NCBI RefSeq assembly: GCF_902713615.1
Contig: NC_052165.1
Location: 17,178,522-17,242,521 of the forward strand
DNA from: Scyliorhinus canicula
Lineage: Eukaryota
DNA length: 64,000 bases
Reading direction: 5' to 3'
A program made the position numbers and the translations under genes. Numbering within the stretch: the first letter of the stretch is position 1; each line of letters starts with the position of its first letter. The notes below the pieces were generated by a model that did no database searches, was not told the origin of the DNA, and saw nothing but the letters and a program-made list of their open reading frames with translations. Below, in pieces: positions 61,032 through 64,000 of this stretch.

Positions 61032-62792
61032 GTAATCTTGAACCGTTTTTGTCATTTACAACTCCTACCCCAATCTCTGACCTCTGTTTCCCCCTTCAAG
61101 TTCATGGAATGTATTGTTCCTTCCAGCTTTGCCCCTCTCTCCCAGAAGTCCTTATTTGAATTCCTTTTTTCCTACCTGAGAATTGCAAGATCAAAGTTAT
61201 GATTGACATCCTATGAAACTGTGACTACTTTAATAATCAATAATCTTTATTAGTGTCACAAGTAGGCTTACATTAACACTGCAAAGACGTTACTGTGGAA
61301 ATCCCCTAGTCGCCACACTCTGGAGCCTCTTGGGGTCCACTGAGGGAGAATTCGGAATGTCCAATTCACCCAACAAGCGCATCTTTCGGGCTTGTGGGAG
61401 GAAACCCACGCAGACGGGGAAAACGTGCAGACTCCACACAGACAGTGACCCAAGCTGGGAATCAAACCCGGGTCCCTGGCGCTGTGAAGCTATCTCCTGT
61501 TTCTATCCTTTAGTTCCCTGACACTCATCACCCCCCTCCCACATCACCTATCGTGTGTTATTATGTTCCATAAGATCACCTTTATTTGTTGAATTCATAC
61601 TGAAATTGACTTGAATATCTGTAACCAAATTCTAGTTAGTGATATAGTTTCCAGTAACAAACATAATCTTAACACATGAAAGGATATAAACCCAGCTGTG
61701 TGATTTCATTTCTTCTCAGGATTACTCTCCTTGTGTAGATCTTTTTCAAAATCAGCTATAAATGTTCAAATGTTGAAGTATTTGCTTAATGTCTGCCTTT
61801 TTCAACCTCTGCTTTTATGATCTTGCCTCCTCTACTTCATTTCCGCATACCTCAGATGTTTCCAACTCTTTTGCATCATATTATGAGAACTCGCGAACCA
61901 GTATTAGCATGAAGCCAATCAAACTCGGGAGTCAGAAATAGCGTTTTTGTTGTGACTTGCTCATTTCTTGACTTGTATCATGCTACAAGACCTTGGCAGG
62001 TATTACATGCACGGTCAGAGGTCTTATTCTGCGGTTAATAAAAAAAAATTCAGAAAGAAGGCTGGGGAGCTACACAAGCTCTTGGGGCATAGACATAGTG
62101 TCGGGAGTCTGTGCACTTGTCATAGTTATGTTTGGCGTTACGTTAGATGTTAAAGATTACCTCCTCTCAGAGGTCAAGAAAGCATATGTCCAGAAATACC
62201 TCCTTAGGCAAATGTATTTGTTTCTTGCCTATTTTCTCATCCCTTTTGGTTTTGAAGACATTGTGTAATTGCTTAGCTATAGTTCCATTGGTTCTGGTCA
62301 CCTTCCATTACTTCCCCCAAGTAGCTGTTCATTTGTGGGTCTTGACTGAATATCAGAAGGTTATTTTAAGCTGACCGGAAACCACAGCTGACCAGACATG
62401 AAAATCTTTGCAACATTTTTGGAAAGGACTTGGAACAGGAACGGATGGTGGGAGGGGGTGGGTAGGTAGGCTGCGCATATTTCAAAATGTTCTCACTCAA
62501 GGGCCGATGAGGAAAATTTGGAAAGTTAAAAGTTGGCACAACACGAAGTATGAAATCAAGAAAAAAAACTGAGGTATAAAAAGAAACAACTTGCTGAGCA
62601 TAAAAGAAGAGTAATAATTAAAGATGTGCATTAGAGTGTAATAAGGGTATCTAAGTAAAGCTGGCTGAAGTGGATTGGAAAATTAGGCTAAGAGACGCAG
62701 TGGCAAACATTTAAGGAGATATTTCAGAATACACAGAATAGATACATTCCAATGAGTTAGAAAAAAACCTGACGGACAGACGCACCATCCAT

Positions 62793-64000
62793 TGTTTTTA
62801 TTTTTTAAATAATTTTTCTTGAAATTTTTTTTACAGAAAATATAACAACAAACAATAACAAGCAACAATAAAACAACATAATAAGTATAACACCCCCAAG
62901 ACCGTAGCAACGCATGTATCGCACCCCCCCCCCCCCCCCAACCCCTCAAACCCAGTAAACAACAAAAGAACTTCAAAATAAATTAAAATTAAAAAAACAT
63001 GGTCAACCCCCCTCCGCCCCCGGGTTGCTGCTGCTGCTGACCCAGTTCCCTATCGCTGAGCCAGAAAGTCGAGGAAAGGTTGCCACAGCCTAAACCGCCC
63101 TTGCACCGATCCTCTCAGGGCGAATTTGACCTTCTCCAGCTTAATAAAACCCGCCATGTCATTGATCCAGGTCTCCACGCTTGGGGGTCTCGCATCCTTC
63201 CACTGTAACTAGACCCTCCGCCGGGCTACTTGGGACACAAAGGCCAAAACACCGGCTTCCCTCGCCTCCTGCACTCCTGGCTCCACCGCAACCCCAAAAA
63301 TCGCGAGACCCCAGCCTGGCTTGACCCTGGATCCTACCACCCTCGACACCGTCCTCGCCACCCCCTTCCAGAACTCCTCCAGTGCCGGGCATGCCCAGAA
63401 CATATGGGCATGGTTCGCTGGACTCCCCGAACACCTGACACACCTGTCTTCGCCCCCAAAGAACCTACTCATCCTAGACCCGGACTTGTGGGCCCGGTGC
63501 AGCACCTTGAATTGGATGAGGCTAAGCCGCGCACATGAGGAGGAAGAGTTAACCCTCTCCAGGGCATCCGCCCATGTCCCATCCTCGATCTGTTCCCCCA
63601 GTTCCCCCTCCCACTTAGCCTTTAGCTCCTCTACTGACGCCTCCTCCACCTCCTGCATTACCTTGTAGATATCAGATATCTTCCCATCCCCGTCCCAGAC
63701 CCCCGAAAGCACCCTGTCACTCACCCCCCCTCGTGGGAAGCAAAGGGAATCCCTCCACCTGCCGCCTAGCAAACGCCTTTACCTGCAGGTACCTGAACAT
63801 GTTCCCCGAGGGGAGCTCAAATTTCTCATCCAACTCTCCCAGGCTCGCAAACCTCCCATCAATGAACAGGTCCCTCAGCTGTCTGATGCCCGCTCTGTGC
63901 CAACCCTGGAACCCCCCATCAATGTTCCCCGGGACGAACCGATGGTTCCCCTTTAGCGGAGCCTCCATTGAGCCCCCCACTTACCCCCTATGTCGCCTCC
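62793..64000 (-). mobile_element. L1/Tx1-like LINE 3' portion, runs off the window
   Basis: ORFs 63209-63772 and 63717-63980 belong to the same subfamily as 34625-35700. Confidence 0.88.

Overview
Vertebrate genomic DNA, most likely from a cartilaginous fish (shark), judged from the HE1/V-SINE-like and SacSINE1/DeuSINE-like repeats. The window has two complete + strand host genes in the conserved vertebrate order. TMBIM4 (Lifeguard-4/GAAP) has 7 coding exons (8846-21361, 234 aa). LLPH has a probable non-coding exon 1 ending at 36378 and coding exons 39118-39319 and 42731-42894 (121 aa). A third, unidentified CpG-island first exon lies near 54.6 kb. The rest is mostly nested transposable elements: L1/Tx1-like, CR1, RTE and Rex1-like LINEs, SINEs, LTR remnants and Penelope-like pieces with hammerhead-ribozyme motifs. 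The most notable items are: (1) a full-length 5.4-kb hAT DNA transposon with TIRs, an 8-bp TSD, its own CpG-rich promoter and a spliced ATG micro-exon, whose transposase has only two visible lesions; (2) an intact minimal hammerhead core at the tip of a 57-bp hairpin upstream of the third promoter; (3) promoters built from or flanked by tandem repeats, including a 66-bp repeat that triples a ZNF143-like site before LLPH; (4) one SINE body with two alternative tails whose TSD lengths suggest different partner LINEs. All calls come from manual reading; no database search was run. The long Pro/Gly/Glu-rich ORFs are artefacts of simple repeats.
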